Assembly (NCBI GenBank): GCA_046563655.1
Contig: CM102285.1
Span: forward strand, 2,294,001-2,358,000
From: Yuukianura sp. NJ FZ-2021
Lineage: Eukaryota
DNA: 64,000 nt
Reading direction: 5' to 3'
The notes under the pieces are model-generated. The model saw only the letters and a list, made by a program, of their open reading frames with translations. It was not told the origin of the DNA and ran no database searches. The position numbers were made by a program, and so were the translations under genes. Shown here piece by piece: positions 59,969 through 64,000 of this stretch (position 1 is its first letter; each line of letters starts with the position of its first letter).

Positions 59969-61370
59969 TTAGAACATTACGAGCAAGTCAATGACGTGTT
60001 TTAGTACGATATCTGCGTAGAGTGTGAGGAGGTAGGCCTTTGAGTCCAAGACAAACAACTGCCCAACTCTAACGTTAACTAGTTGCCTTGAATGCCAAAA
60101 TTTTCGGCTGTATTCTCCGTTGGTGCGTATGTTGTGGATTCTGACCCACCTATATTTCATGGAGTTTTGGTGGCATAGTGCTGCTAGACTCACTGCCTCC
60201 GTCAGAATAAGCACAATTACCATAACAGACAAAAAGAACATTTGGAGCATGACAATGTACCTTCCGTTAAACAATCTAATTAAAGTATATATAAATAGAA
60301 CTAAAATAATTTCGCAGAAACATATTGCATATGCGACCATATTTTCATAGACATAATTTGTATGCTGGTTCATAACTTGGAGGTGTGTGTAGGTTTGAGC
60401 TTGCTTCTTTTCCATGTCATCATTAACGTTTTCCCTTCAATAAATAAAACACACATTTTAATTGCAAAATGCACACGAGTTTGATTTTTTTTTAAATATT
60501 TGATGAAGTTATGTTAGTTAACTAACCGCTTTTAATGCAACTGTATATATTAAAAAGTTAAGCGCAGCCTCATCATTTTGAGATTACTTCTAGTGCACTT
60601 ACCCTAAATATTGAAGCCAAAGTCTCGTCGTGTTTGTGTAGAATAAAGCGCTGTTGCAAAACACAAATAATGCAAAGACGGAATTTATAATCGCCAATGC
60701 AAAAAACGCTTCTGTTATTGAAATTGTGCTGCCAACTATGATCCAGTTGTCCACTCCAAAGCAATAGCGCAAAACCGCTTTATATAAAATATATGTAGCT
60801 CGGCTTATATTTGTATCGGAAAATAAGAAAAATGATACCATTGCTGGGGCGAGAAAAATTCGAGTGTATGAAAATGCCACATGCGTAACTTTTGGTGCTG
60901 GTTCATATCCGTCTTTTTCCTTTGAAATTACCGGCAATTCGTAGCTTTTATCTGAAAAAGTAGAAAGAGTAGTAATTGGTTTTTACTATGCCAAGGTCCA
61001 AAAGCTAATTGAAATTACGGAGCTGATTGTTGAATTTGAGGAAAGTTGAAATGACGCTGTAAATTTCTTCTTCAAATGCAAAGTACCATAGCTCCATTCC
61101 AGTGAAAAATGAGATAATTAAGATAAATCCGGAAATGAAGATGAGCTCTCTGTAGTCATTTCGAAGCAGAAGAGCAGTAGCAGAATACGTTACGATAGTC
61201 ATGAAATTTAAGACGATACAAATAGCTGTAAATATTCTGGCCGAGTAGTAATTGCGTTTTTGCGCAACAATTTCACCCTTAATAACACTTACTTGAAATG
61301 TGCACAACCTCCAACGGGAGCCATCGTTAAACACTTTCAATAAATACTTCCAAGAAATTTCCGATAGCAT
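59969..61370 (-). CDS. Chemoreceptor-like (GR-superfamily-like) multi-TM protein, copy 2 (exons ~61370-61019, 60951-60603, ~60435-59969)
   Basis: Multiple hydrophobic segments and a C-terminal VRVGQLFVL....LLTLYADIVL..VI.LLVMF pattern resembling arthropod 7TM chemoreceptor ends. Part of a tandem array. Family assignment is by resemblance only. Confidence 0.65.
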
Positions 61371-63037
61371 AATGTGAAGTCAATGTTTGACAAAATAGGT
61401 GCTGCCTAACCGTCTCAGTATAAAATAAGAAGTGAAGGAAGCCATTCAAATTAACTTGATTGTTTTTTATAATGCCGCCCAAGCCCAAAATTCTGTCCTT
61501 CACTCGGGAATTAGCTTAAAAGTCTTTAAATTATTCACATTAGATCCACGTTCGATTCTCAGTTGCTCTTAAATAGCCATATACACAAATATAGATAGGC
61601 TTGTAATTGCAAATTCCAGTGTACAAAAGTATTGAAAGATAGCCCTGCGCCATCGAACGACTGCGCATACCGGCACACCTCCGTGAACAACACTGCGCTG
61701 CAGTTATGAATTTGTGACGAAGTCAACGACCTTTAATTTTTCCGTTAGATTTCTTGTCTTTTGTTAGTCTCAACTTTTGCAAATTTTAAAGTTACAGTTT
61801 AAAATAGATTCATTGTCGTTTTCCAAAAACAACGTAAAACTCACATTGTTAGCATATTCAACTAAGCTGGAGTAACTTGTAACTCCAGTCTTACTCCTCT
61901 AGTTTCCGGTTTGAGCCCTATAAAAGGACTCAGTTTGCCTGTGTTCAGTCACTCTCAATTCCCATTTCTTATAAAGTTACTAAAACTCTGCCAGTCGTGT
62001 GACTGACAGAGTTCATTAACCTTTTGAACTTTTGAAAAATACACAATTTACTCAAAATAGCGACCTGCTATTACTAAAATCTTGTAGTAGAATCTTTATT
62101 ATTTCCAAGAAAAACAACGATTTCACTACAAATTTAAAAAAAGTTCACCTTTAGCACGGAAGGAAGCCAAGCGTGGCAACATAACACACACAAATGCTGG
62201 TTGTCCAGATTAATAACTCCCGAATCGTTCATTTCCCATATGCTTCGTGCTTTCAAACATGACTTTGGTCCCTGAAGTAATTGACCCACCAATGTGATAT
62301 TCAATTGCAGATATCACGCTAGTTAAGACAGATCTCGGGAATCCTCATCGGTTTCCGAGGCTTACCAAAGGTCGCACGACTACACAAACGGACAGACAGA
62401 CAGACGGACAAACAGACAAACAGATGTACAGAACGTAGCTCAGTACTATATTTCTACTAATGAGAAAACAATTTATCCAGAAGTTCTAAGTATGCTTCCT
62501 GAATTAATCACTTTGTTTGCAAAATCGGCCTCTATGGGAACTGGTAGTCATCCCAGAACTCCAGAAGAGCCCTTACCATTGACTCCGTCATTTATTTATA
62601 AAATATTTAATCATTACGAAAGTTTTACCTCATCGACAAAATGGGCCTGGGAGGACCCACAAAAATTTTTTAATTGAACGCTAAATAATTCTTATGAGAG
62701 ATCAAAGCTAAATTTTATTAGAGAGAATCCGAAAGGTAAAAGAAAATTACATTTTTTTTTCGATTTATAACTGATGATTCATTTTATAGCTAAATTAGGG
62801 ACTAATAGCTAATCTTATAGCTAAATTACTAAAATTAATAAAATGCTCAATTCTTTAATTATGTTCACAACGACACGAACTATAGGGATGTATTGGAGGG
62901 CATTGAGATACATTAATGTATTCTCCAATTGGAGAATAGTTCTTTATTTAAGCTGCGAACATGCGAACATGCGAGCCGAATATGCGAGCCGATGACGTTG
63001 TGCAGAAGGTTGGTACTACCCAGTACACACCGTAAAT

Positions 63038-64000
63038 TTAGAACATTACGAGCAGGTTAATAACGTTTTGTAGTACGATGTCTGCGTAGAGTGTGAGGAG
63101 GAAGGCTTTTGAGTCCAAGACAAACAACTGCCCAACTCTAACGCTAACTACCTGCCTTGAACGCCAAAATTTGCGTCTGTATTCATTCCTGTTGCGCCGG
63201 TTGTGGATTCCAGCCCACATACACTTTGTGGAGTTTTGGTGGCAAAGTGCTGCTAGACTCACTGTCTCCGTCAGAACAAAAACAATTACGGTAGTCGACA
63301 AAATAAACATTTGAAGCATGCCAATATACTTTCCTTCCAGTGAGGAAACCAACGAGTATATAAAAATAACTAGCATGATTTCGCAACTGCTTATTCCATA
63401 TGCAACTACATTTGCAAAGACGTAGTTGGCTTGCTTGTTCATGACTTGAAGACATGAGTACGTTAAAAAGTGATTGTGGTCCTCGTCTTTCATTTTGTCT
63501 CTGCAAAAGATAGCATACAAATTATTAAAAAGTGCAGAAAAGACTTTGGCTTAATCCTAAAACTTTTAGGTTAAAATTTTTAACCGCTTACAGCAAAAGT
63601 TGAAGCCAAAGCCGTGTTGAATTCATGTATAGTGAAATCGTATTAGCAATTATGAGTGTTGAGAACACAGCGTTGAGAATAGCCAGGCTAAAGAATGTTT
63701 CCATGACTAAAATTGTTAGTCCAGTGATGACCTGGCTGTCCACTCCAAAGCAATAATAAAGAACTGTTCCATACACGCGGTAAATTGATTGGGTGATACG
63801 TGTATCGGAAAATAAAAAGAACGCTACTGTTGTCGGTATGATAATAATACGCGTGTAGTCGAATATCATAGCCGTAACTTTTGGCGCCGACTCGTATCCG
63901 TCTTTTTCTTTTGAAAATAATTGTAGTCCATAACGTTTGTCTGAAAAATTAAACGTAAAGTCAATGAAACTAATACTGTTCAGGCGTAATTTAATTTACA
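63038..64000 (-). CDS. Chemoreceptor-like multi-TM protein, copy 3 (5'-partial)
   Basis: More diverged paralog with the same exon layout. Exon 1 runs off the window end. Confidence 0.65.

Overview
AT-rich, intron-containing animal DNA. It is most likely an arthropod: the gene families resemble those expanded in springtails, but that is inference only. Bases 1-~8009 are the right-hand part of an apparently intact Polinton/Maverick (adintovirus-like) endogenous DNA virus that continues off the left edge. It carries a 1326-aa protein-primed PolB, an A32/FtsK-type packaging ATPase, an intronless microbial-type PI-specific phospholipase C with catalytic residues apparently retained, and two divergently transcribed unknown genes sharing a previously unrecognised ~50-aa domain. 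It also has an array of TATG...CATA hairpins and a candidate ...ACTACT terminus. The rest is host DNA: two tandem F-box/LRR-like genes, each with a different transposon in intron 1; an 11-exon CYP2-clan cytochrome P450; a signal-peptide-bearing CRAL-TRIO/SEC14-like gene; two intronless EF-hand paralogs; a Ror receptor tyrosine kinase (Ig-CRD-kringle-TM-kinase); and three tandem chemoreceptor-like genes showing an unequal-crossover signature. Exon boundaries were read by eye and may be off by a few bases.
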